From the human T2T-CHM13v2.0 reference genome, Homo sapiens, in NCBI RefSeq assembly GCF_009914755.1, contig NC_060938.1: a stretch of 64,000 nt of DNA; one strand, given 5' to 3'. Within the stretch, counting starts at the first letter, position 1; each line of letters starts with the position of its first letter. This document shows positions 31,897 to 52,560 of this stretch, piece by piece. The position numbers were made by a program, and so were the translations under genes. The notes below the pieces were generated by a model. That model was not told the DNA's origin. It did not search any database and saw only the letters and a list, made by a program, of their open reading frames with translations.

Positions 31897-34800
31897 CAAA
31901 CTACTTTCCACAATGGCTTCACTAGTTTACATCCCCACTAGCAGTCTATAAGCATTCCCTTTTCTTGGCAACCTCACCAAGAAAATGTCATTTTAATAAT
32001 AGCCATTCTGACTGGTGTGAAATGGTATATCATTGTGGTTTTGATTTGCATTTCTCTAACGATTAGTGATATTGAGCATTTTTTCATATGCTTATTGGCT
32101 GCATGTATGTCTTCTATTGAAAAGTGTCTGTTCATGTCCTTGGCCCACTTTTTAATGCTATTGTGTGTGGGTTTTTTTGTTTGTTTGTTTGTTCATTTGT
32201 TTTTAAGTTCCTTATAGATTCTGGATATTAGACCTTGGTCAGATACACAGTTTGCAAATATTTTCTCCCATTCAGTAGGTTGTCTGTTTACTCTGTTGAT
32301 AGTTTCTTTTGCTGTGCAGAAGCTCTTTAGTTTAATTAGGTCCCATTTGTCAACTTTGTTTTTGTTGCAATTTGCTTCTGGCATTTTCATCATGAAATCC
32401 TTGCTAGGTCCTGTGTCCAGAATGGTATTTACTAGGTTATCATGCAGAGGTTTTATAGTTTTAGATTTTGCATTTAAGTTTTTATCTTGAGTTGATTTTT
32501 GTATGTACTGTAAGGTAGGGGTTTCAATCTTCTGCATATGGCTAGCCAGTCATCCCAGCACCATTTATTAAACAGGGAGTCCTTTTCCCATTGCTTGTTT
32601 TTGTCAACTTTGTCCAACATCAGATGGTTGTAGGTGTGTGGTATTATTTCTGGGCTTTTTATTCTGTTCCATTTGTTTATGTGTCTGTTTTTGTACCAGT
32701 ACCATGCTGTTTTGGTTGCTGTGGCCTTGTAGTATAGTTTCAAAATGGGTAATGTAATGCCTCCAGCTTTGTTCCTTTTGCTTAGAATTGCCTTGGCTTT
32801 TTGGGCTCTTTTTTGGTTCCATGTGAATTTTAAAATGGCTTTTTCTGATTCTGTGAAGAATCTCATTGGTAATTTGATAGGAATATTATTGAATGTGTAA
32901 ATTGCTTTGGGCAGTATGACCATTTTAACAATGTTGATTCTTTCTATCCATGAGCATGGAATGTTTTTTTCGTTTGTTTGTGGTCATCTCTGATTCCTTT
33001 GAGCAGTGTTTTGTAATTCTCATTGTAGAGATCTTTCACCTCCCTAGTTAGCTGTATTCCTAGGTGTTGTATTCTTACTGTGGCTATTGTGAATGGGATT
33101 GCATTCTTGATTTGGCTTTCAGTTTGGATATTCTTGGTATGGAGGAATGATACTGCTTTTTTATACATTGATTTTGTATCCTGAAACTTTTCTGAAGTTG
33201 TTTATTAGATCAATGAAATTTTGGGCAGAAACTATGGGGGTTTTCTAGGTATATAATCATATCATCTGGAAATAGGGATAGTTTGACTTCTTCTCATCCT
33301 ATTTGGATTCCTACTTTTTTTTTCTTGCCTGATTACTGTGGCCAGGACTTCCAGTACTATGGTCAATAGGAGTGGTGAGAGAGGGCATACTTGTCTTTTT
33401 CTGGTTTTTAAGGGGAATGCTACCAGCTTCTGTCCATCCAATTTGGTGTTGAGTATAGGTTTGTCATCAATGGCTCTTGTTATTTTTAAGCATGTTCTTT
33501 CAATTTCAAGTTTTTTAAGGGTTTTTAACATAAAGGTTTCTGCGTCTATTGAGTTAATCATCTGGTTTTTGTTTTTAGCTCTGTTTATGTGATGAATCAC
33601 ATTTATTGATTTGCACGTGTGTAAACAACCTTGCATCTCAGGGATAAAGCCTACTTGCTCATGGTGGATTAGCTTTTTGACTTGCTGCTGGATTTGGTTT
33701 GGTAGTATTTTGCTGAGGATTTTTGCATCTGTGTTCATCAAGGGTGTTGGCCTGAAGTTTTCATTTTTGTGTTTGTCTCTCACAGGTTTTGACATCAGGA
33801 TAATGCTGGCCACATAGAATGAGTTAGGAAGAGGCTTCTCCTCTTCAATATTTTTGTAATGGTTTCAGTAGAAATGGTACCAGCTCTTCTTTACACATCT
33901 GGTAGAATTTGGCTCTGAATCTCTCTGGTTCTGGGCTTTTTCTTGTTTGTAGGCTTTTTATTACTGATTCAATTTTGGAACTTGTTATTGGACTATTCAG
34001 GGTCAATTTGTTCCTATTTCAATTTTGGGAGGGTATATGTTTCCAGGAATTTATTCATTTCCTTTATGTTTTCTAGCTTGTGTGCATAGTGTTCATAGTA
34101 GTCTCAGAGGGTTTTTGTTTTTCTGTGAGGTCAGTGATGACACCCCTTTGTCATTTTTGATTGTGTCTGTTTGGATCTTCTTATTTTGTAATTTATTAGC
34201 CTAGTTAGTGGTCTATCTATCTTATTAATTCTTTCAAAAACATAACTACTGGATTTGTTTATCTTTTGTATGGCTTTTCACATCTCAATTTCCTTCAGTT
34301 CAGCTCTGATTTTGGTTATTTCTTTTCTGCTATCTTTCAGGTTGGTTTGCTCTTGATTGTCTAGTTCCTCTAGTAGTGATGGTAGGTTGTTAATTTGGCA
34401 TCTTCCTAAGTTTCTAATGTGGGCATTTAGTGCTATAAACTTTCCTCTTAACACTGCGTTAGCTGTATCCCAGAGATTCTGGTATATTGTATCTCTGTTT
34501 CCATTAGTTGCATAGAATTGTTTGATTTCTGTCTTAATTTCATTATTTATCCAAAAGTCATTCAGGAGTAGGTTCTTAAATTTCCATGTAATTTTGTGGC
34601 TTTTGAGCAATTTTCTTAGTATTGATTTATATTTTTACTGTGCTGTGGTCCAAGAGTGTGGTTGGTATGGTGGAGAGTTCTGTAGATGTCTGTTAAGTCT
34701 ATTTGGTCAAATGTCAGGTTCAATTCCTGAATATCTTTGTTAGTTTTCTGCCTCAATGACTTGTTAATACTGTCAGTGGGGTGTTGAAATCTCCCACTAT

Positions 34801-34989
34801 TATCTTGTGGTTATCTAAGTCTCTTCATAGGTCTCTAAGAACTTGCTTTATGAATCTAGGTCTCCTATGTTGGGTGCATATATTTTTAGGATAGTTAGAT
34901 CTTCTTGTTGGATCGAACCCTTTACCATTATGTAATGCCCTTCTTTGTCTTTTTTGATGTTTGTTGGTTTAAAGTCTGTTTTGTTTTAA

Positions 34990-35364
<375 letters not shown>

Positions 35365-35707
35365 TAGCCTGTTTACATTCAAGGTTAGTGTTGATGTGTG
35401 TGTATTTGATCCTGTTATAATGTTGCCAGGTGGTTATTAAGCAGACTTGTTTGTGTGGTTGCTTTATAGTATCATTGGTCTGTGTACTTAAGTGTGTTTT
35501 TGTAGTGGCTTGTAATGGTCTTTCCTTTCCATATTTAGCATTCCCTTCAGGACCTCTTTCTTGTAAGGCAGGTCTGGTGGTAATGAATTCCCTTATCATT
35601 TGCTTGTTTGAAAAGGATTTTATTTCTCCTTTACTTATGAATGTTAGTTTGATTTGATATGAAATTCTAGGTTGGAAATTCTTTTCTTTAAGAATGCTGA
35701 ATATGGG

Positions 35708-35970
35708 CTGAGGATGGATCACCTGAGGTGATCACCAGAGGTCAGGAGTTCAAGACCAGCCTGGCCAATGTGGTGAAACCCCGTCTCTACCAAAAAAATA
35801 CACAACTTAGCCAGATGGGGTGACTATAATGTCAGCTACTGGGGAGGCTGAGGCAGGAGAATCACTTAAATCTGGGTTGGGCGGGGGCGGGCTGAGGTTG
35901 CAGTGAGCCGAGATGGCACCATTTAACTCTAGCCTGGGCGCAAGAGTGAAACTCCATCTCAAAAAAAAAA
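35708..35970 (+). mobile_element. 5'-truncated AluS-like element
   Basis: TSD tgctgaatatggg on both sides; internal 13-bp duplication gatcacc(t/a)gaggt. Confidence 0.88.
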
Positions 35971-38900
35971 TTGCTGAATATGGGCCCCCAATCTCTTCTG
36001 GCTTCTAGGGTTTCTGCTAAAAGGTCTGCTGTTAGCCTAATGAGGTTCCCTTTGTAGGTGACCTGTCCTTTCTCATTAGCTACCTTTAGCATTTTTTTCT
36101 GTCATTTAGACCTTGGAGAATCTGATGACTATGTGTCTTGGGGATGGTCTTTTTATGTAGTATTTTGCAGGGGTTCTCTGCATTTCTTGAATTTGAATGT
36201 TGGCCTTTCTAGCAAAGTTGGGGAGATTTTCATGGATGATATACTGAAATAAATTTTCCAAGTTCCTTGATTTCTCTCCCTTTCTTTCAGGAATGCCAAT
36301 GAATCATAGATTTGGTTTATGTACATAATCCCATATTTCTTGGAAGTTTTGTTTGTTCTTCTTTATTGTTTTTTCTTTATTTTTGTCTGACTGAGTTATT
36401 TCAGGGAACTGGTCTTTGAACTCTAGATTTTTTTACTCAGCTTGGTCTGTTCTGCTGTTAATACTTGCAATTGTATTCTGAAATTCTTAAAGTGCTTTTT
36501 TTCAGCTCTATCAGTTCAGTCTGGTTCATTATTAAAATGACCATTTCATCTTTTATCTGCTGTATCATTTTATTGTATTCCTTAGAATCCTTGGTTTGGG
36601 TTTCAACTTTCACCTGAATCTCAATGATCTTTGTTCCTATCCATTTTCTGAATTCTGTTTCTGTGATTTCAGCCATTTCAGCCTGGTTAAGAGCCATTGC
36701 TGCGGAGTGAATGCGGTCATTTGGAGGTAATAAGACACTGGGGTTTTGAGTTGCCAGAGTCCTTGTGCTGGTTCTTTCTCATCTTTTTGGGCTGAAGTTC
36801 CTTCAGTCTTTGAAATTTGTCTCCTTCGTGTAGGTTTTTTTTTTTTTTTTTTTGATGCTTTTATCTTCTTTGAAGTTTTTGGGGGTTTGATTGTGGTATA
36901 AGGTGGGTGCAGTTGACTGGTTTTGTTTCTGGAAGATTACAGGGGCCTAAGTCTTAGCTCAGCACTCCTGGGCTGCATGTTCTAACTCTGGGGGAGTGGT
37001 ATTAGGTTTCTGTCTTTGTTCTCTGGCCCCTTAAGTTGGGAACCTGCTGTGCTGGAGGGGCCAAGGTGTTCCCAGACCACTGGCTACAACACTTTGATGG
37101 GTGGTGCCAGCCAATGTGCTTCATTGGGTGGTGGCAGCAGGATCTGTGCTCCCTTTGCACATGCCAGCAGCAGTGGCGGTACAGTGGGGTGCATGCTTAT
37201 CAGCTGGGGTGGTGTGCTGGTGGGCATAGGGATGTCAGCCTCTGTGTGGGTGTTCACAGTGACTGCAGTGGCAGCGTTAGGGGTGACAGGGACACTGGTG
37301 TCCATTCATGTGTTTGTGGCAGGGTTGGGTAGGGGTTCAGGTCCTGGTGGATGTTGGGCTCATGGCCTTCATGTGCGTGTTCTTATGGTGGCAGTGGCAG
37401 GTGTAGGGCTGGTGGTCTCTGTGTGTGCATTTGCACTGGCAGCAATGGCAGTGCAAGGCTAGGGGTGGTGCTGCTGATCTCCATGTGTGTGTCTGCACCA
37501 ACAATGGTGGCCCAGCAGTGAGGGTGGCAGAGTATGCTCATGCCAGCAGCTAGTGGCATGGTGGGGTGCACATGCAATTGCGCATCATTGAGGAAGGGAT
37601 GGTGAAATCTGCCCACATGTGTGTGCACCTACAAAGTGATGAGGGAGTGGCCATTGATGACTGTGGGCCAGCAAAGCAGAGTTGGGGAGGCCCTGGTGGA
37701 GGGAGGTTGCAGGTGGACCGGTGCCTGTCATCTGGAACTGCTCTGCTGGACCCCTCCAATAGTCAGGGGTGGTCTGCCAGTGCAAGAGGTATGACGTGGA
37801 CCCCTGGGAGGCACCCTGGTTGGGCATCTGAGGCTGCACTATGAGCAGGTGTGGCCACCCTGGGGTCCTGGGAGAGGCCAGCAGACATGGGAGGGCACTC
37901 AAGTTGGACTGGCATCATCTCCAGGGCAAGGTTGCCCTGCTTTATTGAGGCCCAACAACTCCCCTAGGGCTAAAGTCTCCAAGGGGAGCATGGCAGACCT
38001 TGGGGTATGGGCATCCCTGACTGTGCTTCATTGCAGACTTTCCTGCTCCAAACCCTCTGGGCTTTGCACAAGCTGGAATTTTGCCCCACCACCTTTCTAA
38101 GAAGCTCTCTGCCAGCTTAAGTGTCCATGGGGGTCATGAGGTCTCCTGCTGCCAGGATTCCAGAAGTCTGTGGTGAGAGCAGGTTGCTGCTTTCCTGCTC
38201 AACTCATCCTTTCCCCAGGAGTCACTGGGAGCCAGAAATGGGTCCCAGTTCATGGTAGCCCCATGCAGGGTTCCCAAGTTCCTCCCCATTCAATGCTTCA
38301 TCTTTGTCCTCTTTCTGTTCATTCTCAATGCATTCTCTATGAAGATCTGCTGCGAGTGCCAGTCTTTCTGATGTCCGTGTCCCTCAGTGGCAGGTGTTCC
38401 TCCTGTCTGTGACTAGTTGGCCTGCTTAGAAGTCTTTTTTTTGGCTTCCTTATTTTGAAGGATAAGTGCCCCTTGGCCATTATATACTTTTAGGTGGATC
38501 ATTTAAAAATAGTACTGCATTTTCTTTGTCTTTAAAATTTTAAATCTATATTCATGGTAAAATTGGTCTCTATAGTGACTACTATATTTCAGCATTTGAC
38601 TACTTTTTAAAAAATTGATTAAGTGTTCCATCTTTTCTTAGAAACATGTCCTTTATTATTAGATATTTTTTGTTCTTTGAAAGTTTGGAATAACTTGCCT
38701 CTAAAATTATCCCAGCTTACAGCCATTTGCTGAGAGGGCAAAATTTTTTGAAACTCTTTATAAATTATTCCCTTGTTATTGGTCTATTCTGGTTGTCTAC
38801 TTCTTCAATTGAAGGGACATTACTTGCAGGAAGGGATCAAATTAGTTGGAGGAGAACAAAAAGGTTAATTGAAGGTATTATTAGGTGGTGGTGTCTCAGG

Positions 38901-39294
38901 GGGCCTCATATGCCATTTTTAAAGAATTGGCCTTATCCCATTACCAATATGGGCCATGGAAAGAAAGTTTTTGAGAAAGTAGGTCTTTATTATATTACAG
39001 TCAAATCTTATCACTCCAGCTCTAGGAATAGAGTAAAATAAGAGCCCAGGTGTGAGCTGATGAAGGTCCGAATTACTGACGAAGTTGAAACAAATGCAAA
39101 AGCGAGTCTGTTTGAATGAATGAATGAATTAATTAATGGCATGCTACACAGAATATTACAAAAGGTTTATTCTGTAAAATTTTAAGTTCAGAAACATATA
39201 TATGCTCAAAATTAATTAGTAATATTTTTTAGCAGTGAATACTAATTAAAAATAAATACAAAGCTCTTCTATTTATTAGAAAATTAGTGAAACA

Positions 39295-39699
39295 TTTTTT
39301 TCCTCAACTTTTAAGTTCAGGGGTACATGTGCCAGATGTTCACATAGGCACATTTTTGTTACATAGGTAAATGTGTGCCTTAGTGGTTTGACACACAGAT
39401 CATCCCATCACCTAGGTGTTAAGCCCAGTATCCATTAGCGATTCTTCCTGATGCTATCCCTCCCCTCACCCCTCTTCTGACAGGCCCCAGTGTGTGTTGT
39501 TCCCTTTCATGCATTCATGTGTTGTCATCATTCAGCTCCCATTTATAAGTGAGAACATGCAGTGTTCGGTTTTCTGTTCCTGTGTTAGTTTGCTGAGGAT
39601 AATGGCTTCTAACTCCATCCATGTCCCTGCAAAAGACATGTTCTCATTTTCTTTTATGGCTGTGTAGTATTCCATGGTATATATGTACCACATTTTCTT
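39295..39699 (-). mobile_element. L1 3'-end fragment (about L1PA10-12)
   Basis: L1PA 3' UTR sequence lying directly before the tail of the next L1. Confidence 0.8.
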
Positions 39700-45835
<6,136 letters not shown>

Positions 45836-46531
45836 CACTATTTTTATTTCTTCTAAGTAGGCAACCTAGTAGCTTCTTTCTTCTGTTTTTCCTTGTCATC
45901 TTTATTTTATTTCTAAAAATGGATATGCTTCACATTATTAACTAATTGAAGATGAGTTTTTTGGCATTGATCTAAGTCAGTGATAATTTCAAAATTGGAG
46001 TTAGAAGTTAATGATAAAGGAATCCAGTTTACACAACTAATGCAATAGCTTTCATCCGTGAAAGAGCAGACTTTCACGTATTTGGATATATCTTCAAGCT
46101 CCAGAGAAAAACCTCCTAAAACTTCTACTCACTAGGGCCCATGTTCTGCAAAATGGATTATTTTGCTTTTCTAGGAAGCAATTTTGTATAAATTAGTGCT
46201 TAATACATTTTTGGGAATCAATAAATAATAAATGTCATACTTATTTTATTGACATACGTCCTTGATAAATGTAAGAAATAAAATTAGTAAGCATATAATT
46301 AATATGTAGAATGTACCTGATAAGCATATAATTATGTATACAATAAAGTGTACTTCAATTTATAAAAAGTTTGTATCATTTTTGCTGTTAACATCATGAC
46401 TAAACTCTCTTGTGAAGCAAGGAGAAACATTTACAAATTGTTATTCAAATATAAAATTAGTTGTACAGGTTTACCAAAAAGAGAAAATGTATACTTTACA
46501 GTACTTGTTAAAACAAACTTTTTTTTCCTAG

Positions 46532-46701
46532 GACATACCGAGGGATTGCATATGTTAAATGGAAATTTTATAAAGAAGCAACTCAAGATTTTTCTGCTGC
46601 AATTCACTTAGATCCTAATAACTGGTTAGCGTTGTATTATCGAGGTTGCTTATTCAGAAAGAGTAACCCTTTTAGAGCGCTACAGGATTATAGTGTTTCA
46701 G
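46532..46701 (+). CDS. TTC6: Coding exon E (RTYRGIAYVKWKFYKEATQDFSAAIHLDPNNWLALYYRGCLFRKSNPFRALQDYSVS)
   Basis: ttttttcctag|G acceptor, CAG|gtactt donor; 170 nt, phase 2 to 1. Completes the TPR begun in exon D across a 34,228-bp intron. Confidence 0.92.
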
Positions 46702-46939
46702 GTACTTTGCCTTCAATTACATGTATATAGCAACCCAATCTGAGATTCAACAGCTCAGTTTCATAGTGGTGAATGGTAATGTGGGTTCACTAATGTAATA
46801 TGCATACTACTATATACTAATATACATTATAAGTATATATTACATGAGCTTACGCATTTTAATATTCTTATATAGGTATACAATATATGAATATATAGCT
46901 ATAATGGTTTAGCTATAAGTGTTTCTAATATGCCCTTTA

Positions 46940-46948
46940 TGTGTGTGT

Positions 46949-46985
<37 letters not shown>
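46940..46985. repeat. (TG)n microsatellite, one interruption
   Basis: Directly visible. Confidence 0.95.
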
Positions 46986-46988
<3 letters not shown>

Positions 46989-48199
46989 ACTGTGGCAAGG
47001 GGAGAATGTGACAGCAAAGAATCTCTTTCTATAATATACTGGGTTCTGAAGATTTTTCTGCAAACCCAGTCCTGTTTCCTAGTCAGCTTGCTAAAATGGC
47101 AGTAAACTGTCCTGGTGGGCTGTGTCCTGCTCCATAGGCTCAGCCCAAGGGATTTGTCAAATTCAGAGTTTTTAACCCCTAAACTAAAAATAGGTTTTGA
47201 GAATCCTTAGTAGCTAAGGACACCAACAGCTAAAAATGGCCATTTCTGTGTTACTCTCAATCAGCACACTCCTGGTTTATGCATGTGCCCAGCACAATTG
47301 TGAGCATAGAGTCAGCGCTCAGTAAACAGCCTCCAACAGAATGAATGAGTCCATCCTGACTGATGAAATCCAGCCTGAGTCTAACACTCCAGATATGCCT
47401 GTGTTCACCTGGGTGCAAAGTTCTGGAATCCCATCATCCTAGATTAGACAGTGTCTAGAGATGAAGAGACAACTAGATTTCCACAGGGAAGAAGAGCTAA
47501 GGTGATAGTTACTTGATTGTCTTAAGTCCATTTGCCTTCTGAGGTCACCCTTCTAATTAATATTAAAATAAAATAACTCAAATTTCATTCTGTGTGTTGA
47601 CAGGAGTCTAGTGTCCTCCCCTCTATTTCCAGTGATTCTTGGGAAAGGGGACTGAGGATTTCTGTCTAATTCTTTCGTCATCTTTGAGTCCAATTTCAGC
47701 TTTTGGCTGGATTTCCCATCTTTGCCCACCCTCACTTCTGTGGCTACTGTTCTCTCGGCTTTGCTTTTTCCCAGGTCTGTCCTTCATTCCCCAGTGTAAC
47801 ATCAACACAAACCTGTTATGTCTACTAATCTGTTACTGAATGCTTTAGGGTTCAGAGGATAAATTTAGCACAGATAACTTAAATTTGAAGATCAAACCAC
47901 CCCCATTTCTAGAAGTTTATCTGGCTCTATCAGCCCTATCCATCTGCCACTGGCCACATCCCTTTCTCTCTGATCTTCCTCTAAAGGCCTCTTTCTCATA
48001 TTTCCCTCTTATACAAGTTTTGGGCTTCTCATGCCCTCCTCTCCCCACTTCTAGGCTATCACAATAATTGAACAAAATTCCTATTATTTAATTATCCAGA
48101 GCAGACAAACTTGATTTCAGCCTCCATCCTTTCCTACCAGACAGCCCAAGGAGTTTTATCACCTGCAACAAAAAAGGACTCTCAAGATATTTTGCTAAG

Positions 48200-48375
48200 C
48201 TAATAATAATAATAATGATATCTAACATTTATTGGGCATTTTGCTACTTGCAAAGTGCTGTTTAAAGTGCCAAATAAGAAGTGTCTCAATATTCAGAGTA
48301 ATGCTAGGAGCTCGGTACTATTTTCATTCACATTTTACTGATGAGAAAGCCATAGCACAGAGAGGTTAAATAATA
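48200..48375 (-). mobile_element. MIR fragment
   Basis: ctaacatttattg...cattttactgatgagaaa...cacagagaggttaaataa. Confidence 0.7.
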
Positions 48376-48507
48376 TTTTTTTTCCTTTTTCCTTAAGAAG
48401 AGTTTTTTTATTGTTTGTTAAGAGCAGCCACCCAAACTGCAGCTGATTTTTTAATTGCTAGCCAATCATACTGTGAACTGAGCAGTTAGATTTTCTTCAA
48501 GTGATAA

Positions 48508-48860
48508 CAGTCATGCGCCACATAATGATGTTTCGGTCAAAAACGGACTGTATATACTATGGTTAAACCTGATATATGGCACTTGACATTCGCATTGTGG
48601 ATCAAGTAGGGGAAACGATTGATATTCATTAATGGTGTTGGGACATTTGGTTTCCTCTTATATATATATATATATATATATATTGTATATACTCTATGTA
48701 TATTCTATAATATATTCTATATTCTGTATATATGTATATATATAAAAATATATACCATCTAGGTTTGTGAAAGTACACTCTATGATCTTTGCACAATAAA
48801 GAAATCCCCTAATAATGCATTTCTCAGAACATATCCCTACTGTTAAGTGGTGCATGACTG
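48508..48860. mobile_element. Tigger3-family non-autonomous DNA transposon with internal (TA)n
   Basis: Terminal inverted repeats cagtcatgcgccacataa / ttaagtggtgcatgactg, followed by TA. Confidence 0.85.
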
Positions 48861-49782
48861 TACTTCCTTAATGTGTATGATCATTGCTGACACTGGCTAT
48901 AGTTCCCTAAATCCAGTACCGTGAATATTTTTGTCCTAGACTGCAAACATTATGCATATTTTGACAAAACTTTGCACCTTAAGGCAGAATGTCATGAGAA
49001 GCTTTAAAGATATCTGTCAAAACTTGTGGAAACCCCATCTAATTCACTAACATGTTTTGAAAGTGAAGGGGCAATCAGTAGGCGAGAGACATGAGATGAC
49101 CTCTAGACAGGTTACTGATGAGAGTCACACACCTGGATTACTGAGAGGAGGTTCTTTTTCTCCCTTCCATTATTAGGGATGTGCATCTCGCATCTCGGAT
49201 AGCTGTCATTTGGGATGTGCATAGTCAAGCCGTCCGCCTTACCTCCAAGCTCTGTTTGCCTTGGTGTAGCCTCTTTGCTTGTCCATCCCGGTTTGTGTGT
49301 GAGCCTGACCTCTGCTTTCTGCCTTCAGGACTAGTACTCAAGCCTGTTCCTTGGCCAGTAACGATGGCTTCCTGATAAAATCAGGCCATCAAGGGTCATG
49401 GCACCCTTCTGACTGGAGTTGGATTCTAGGCCAGTCTTTGCCATTGACTGGTATATCATGACCATGGTCAATGTACTTACCCCCTTTGGACTTTAATCTC
49501 CTCACCTATACGGTGAGTGGACTATGCTAGATTCCAATCAGGATTTAATTCAGCTCTAATGAGTTTGTGAACCACAATTGCCACATTGTTACTAATAAAT
49601 ACATTTTAATGTACAATACTATTATTTAACTTACCAAACAAGTACACTCATCATAGATATGTTTCTATTTTATATAATGTTAAAAAATGAGAATAAGCAA
49701 TAGGAAGTTTACAGACTAAAGTATAATTTACCTATGGTTATTTTAGAACCTGAATGAAATACATTTTTTTAAACTTTTTAAG

Positions 49783-49903
49783 CACTCATAAATGATGGCT
49801 ATGAGAATCTTGGTTGTTTTCTACATCGGGGAATAGTCTATGCACATCTAAAACTTTGGCTGCTGGCAATTTGTGACTTTGAAACTGTCATTTCTCTAGA
49901 AAG
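49783..49903 (+). CDS. TTC6: Coding exon F (ALINDGYENLGCFLHRGIVYAHLKLWLLAICDFETVISLE)
   Basis: ctttttaag acceptor, AAG|gtatgt donor; 121 nt, phase 1 to 2. Confidence 0.9.
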
Positions 49904-51329
49904 GTATGTTTTCCTTTTCATATTTATTGATTTCAGTTTTGTAAAAAATTGAAAACCTGAAATGGGAGAAAAAGTTTCTTTCCCCTCATCATTGATAACC
50001 TAGAAAAAATGAGACACTTATAAAGTCATCCTAGAATTAGAATACTACTTCTAAAAACAAGATTACTTCAAAAATAAAACCTGTTCTCAACATCTGTTTG
50101 CCTTGGGTGTTTTTGCAAATTTTAGAAGTTAAATGGGTTTGACAGGAGTTAAATCTATGGATAAGGAATCAATACTATTGAGGATTTTGGAGATGCCCAG
50201 GCTAGAGCTTTTTGAAATTAACTTCATGGAAAACTGTCATTAAGTTTTAAAATAATGAAAAAACATTCTGCTTGGTGTATGATTGCTATGGACAGGATAC
50301 AACTCAATGGAAGGCAGCCTTCTATTTAGAACTTCTGGCTTCATTTTGTTTAGTAAAGCAAAATAAAAACACTAATACCATGTAGACCATATGTTCAGGG
50401 AGAAATATAGACTGAAAGTTAAATGCACTAGTCAGAAAGTCAAACTGTAAATCACAGAATTTAATTAAAAATTCCCCTTTTTTTCCAAAGAAGGATTTAT
50501 GAAAAGGGAAGGTGTCAGAAAGAGTAACTAATCATGCCAATTCCTTGCCAACCAGCAGACTGTTTACTTAATCTATCCAAGGTAAACTTTGAACTTGACA
50601 CAGGAAATTCATGGAGCATGGCTCCCATAATGACCACAGTGGTTTTCTTTTGGACATTTTTGAGCCAGAAAGAAAAAGAAAAGAGTGTCAGTTTCAAAGA
50701 GACAGAAAACAGGAAGTAGGAACTTTGGTGTCTAGGCAAGGGGTCAGGGATTCTGTGAGGTTGGATTATTGGATGGGTGGTTTTCATTTTGAAATAGAGG
50801 CATCAAACATGATAATTTCTAAGGTTATTTCTCTACTGAAAATCAGTTGATTCTAAGAGAGATAAATAACATTTATTTGATACAGAAAAGCTGTGTTAAT
50901 ATGTACGTGGAGAGGATTTTAACCCCAAGCCACCAAACCCTTGAATATGACTGTTTCTCACTGTCACTCGTGGCCAATAGAACATAGCCTGAGGTAAAGA
51001 CTCTTTAGTTGAGAAAAACTAAGCTTGTGACTCAAGATAACGGAAAGGTAAATCAAAGAAGAGTAAAGTTTTGCTAAAAGTCTAGGAGACTTCAGGAATT
51101 CTGTTCCTAGCGCAGACCTTAAAAACATTAATTCCTTACTAAGGGTTTCATAAAGGTGTTTATAGTTTTTCATAGAGAGCAGCTAACTAATTTACTTTCC
51201 TTTGTAAAACATTAAAAAATACTCTGATGAATACTGATGCATCTGTTTCATTCAGTTTATTCCTAATTGGAGAACATTTGGAATAATTAAAAATGTTTAA
51301 CAAGATTTCACTTTCTCATTTTTTTTTAG

Positions 51330-51480
51330 AACTATTACTTTGGCTTATGTAAATATTGGCCTCATACATCTGCTACACCTGGATAACTACACGGAAGCTA
51401 TTTGGCAATTTTCTGAGGCTATTAGAATTGATCCTTTATGTATTCAAAGCTATCTTTGTCGGGCGGAAACCTATTTTAAG
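51330..51480 (+). CDS. TTC6: Coding exon G (RTITLAYVNIGLIHLLHLDNYTEAIWQFSEAIRIDPLCIQSYLCRAETYFK)
   Basis: T-tract plus ag acceptor, AAG|gtattt donor; 151 nt, phase 2 to 0. Confidence 0.92.
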
Positions 51481-51841
51481 GTATTTAAGGCTCGAGAACC
51501 TTGATTTTTTTAAAAAAACTTTAATTTTCTGGATATTTGTTCAACATAATTTTAATATATATACATATTTTAGCTAATTGTAGGGGCTAATGCATTTATA
51601 AACAATGTGTTAAGCTGATAGTTAACTCTAATTACTCATTTATAAAGCCTCTACTTTCAAGGTGTGCATTTTTATGTCTTTCACTTTTGAAAATAATACC
51701 TTTTTTTTTCTTAATTACAAAAGCATTATATACTTATTGCAGGTAATATATGCATGCGATAGGAATAAACTAAAAACTATTATCTATAATTTTATTCTCT
51801 AGGGATAGCTGCTATTAACAATTTGAGTCTATGGTCCAATG

Positions 51842-51842
<1 letters not shown>

Positions 51843-51885
<43 letters not shown>
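51843..51885. repeat. Perfect (TG)21 microsatellite
   Basis: Directly visible. Confidence 0.95.
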
Positions 51886-51887
<2 letters not shown>

Positions 51888-52369
51888 AGGTGAGTAAGTA
51901 GGTTCATACAATGGGATCCAACCATAGAATGGGATACTGACCATTCATACTTACTTTTAATTTTGTTTAAGTTTTATAAGTTGTTCACATTAAAAATAAA
52001 TGTTATATGCCCCTGCCGTGACAAATTAAAACAGCACAATAAATAGGAAAAATCCTCTCCAATTCCAGCCAGATCTGATTTTCAGAGATAACGCTGTTAA
52101 CTCTTGTCTCTACCCTTCAAAGTAGACACCCATTTATACCACTTCACCTCTAACTGCCCTGTCCAAATACTGGTTTCTCACCAGGATGGATTTTCAAATA
52201 GCAGCCACAGTGATCTTGCCAAAACATGTCAGATTATTTCACTTCTTTGCTCAAGCCCTTCAATAGCTTCGCTTGTGTTTAGAATAAAAGCTAAATTCTA
52301 CAAAAGCCAAAGGTCTGCAAGACCCCACAGGAGCTAGCTTCTAATTGCCTTTCTACCTTTGTCTCCTGT

Positions 52370-52560
52370 CTATGCTGGTTTCAGCCAGGATAAGCTAGGC
52401 TATACTGAGGTAAAAAAACAAAAAAACAAAAAACCCAAAAACCAAACCTTCAAAATTACTGTATTAAAACAAAGGTTTATTCCTTGCTCACACTGTATGT
52501 CCACAGAGGATTGCCTGGAGGCTCTGCCTCCATTGTCTACATCTCAGGACCCAGTGTGAC
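52370..52560 (-). mobile_element. Old MLT1-type LTR fragment
   Basis: caggataagctaggctat...aaaacaaaggtttattccttgctcac resembles an MLT1 LTR end. Confidence 0.55.

Noticed and set aside
37016-38412. Cluster of GC-rich ORFs on both strands
   Set aside because: Lies in the repetitive 5' UTR of the old L1PA; low stop density reflects base composition.
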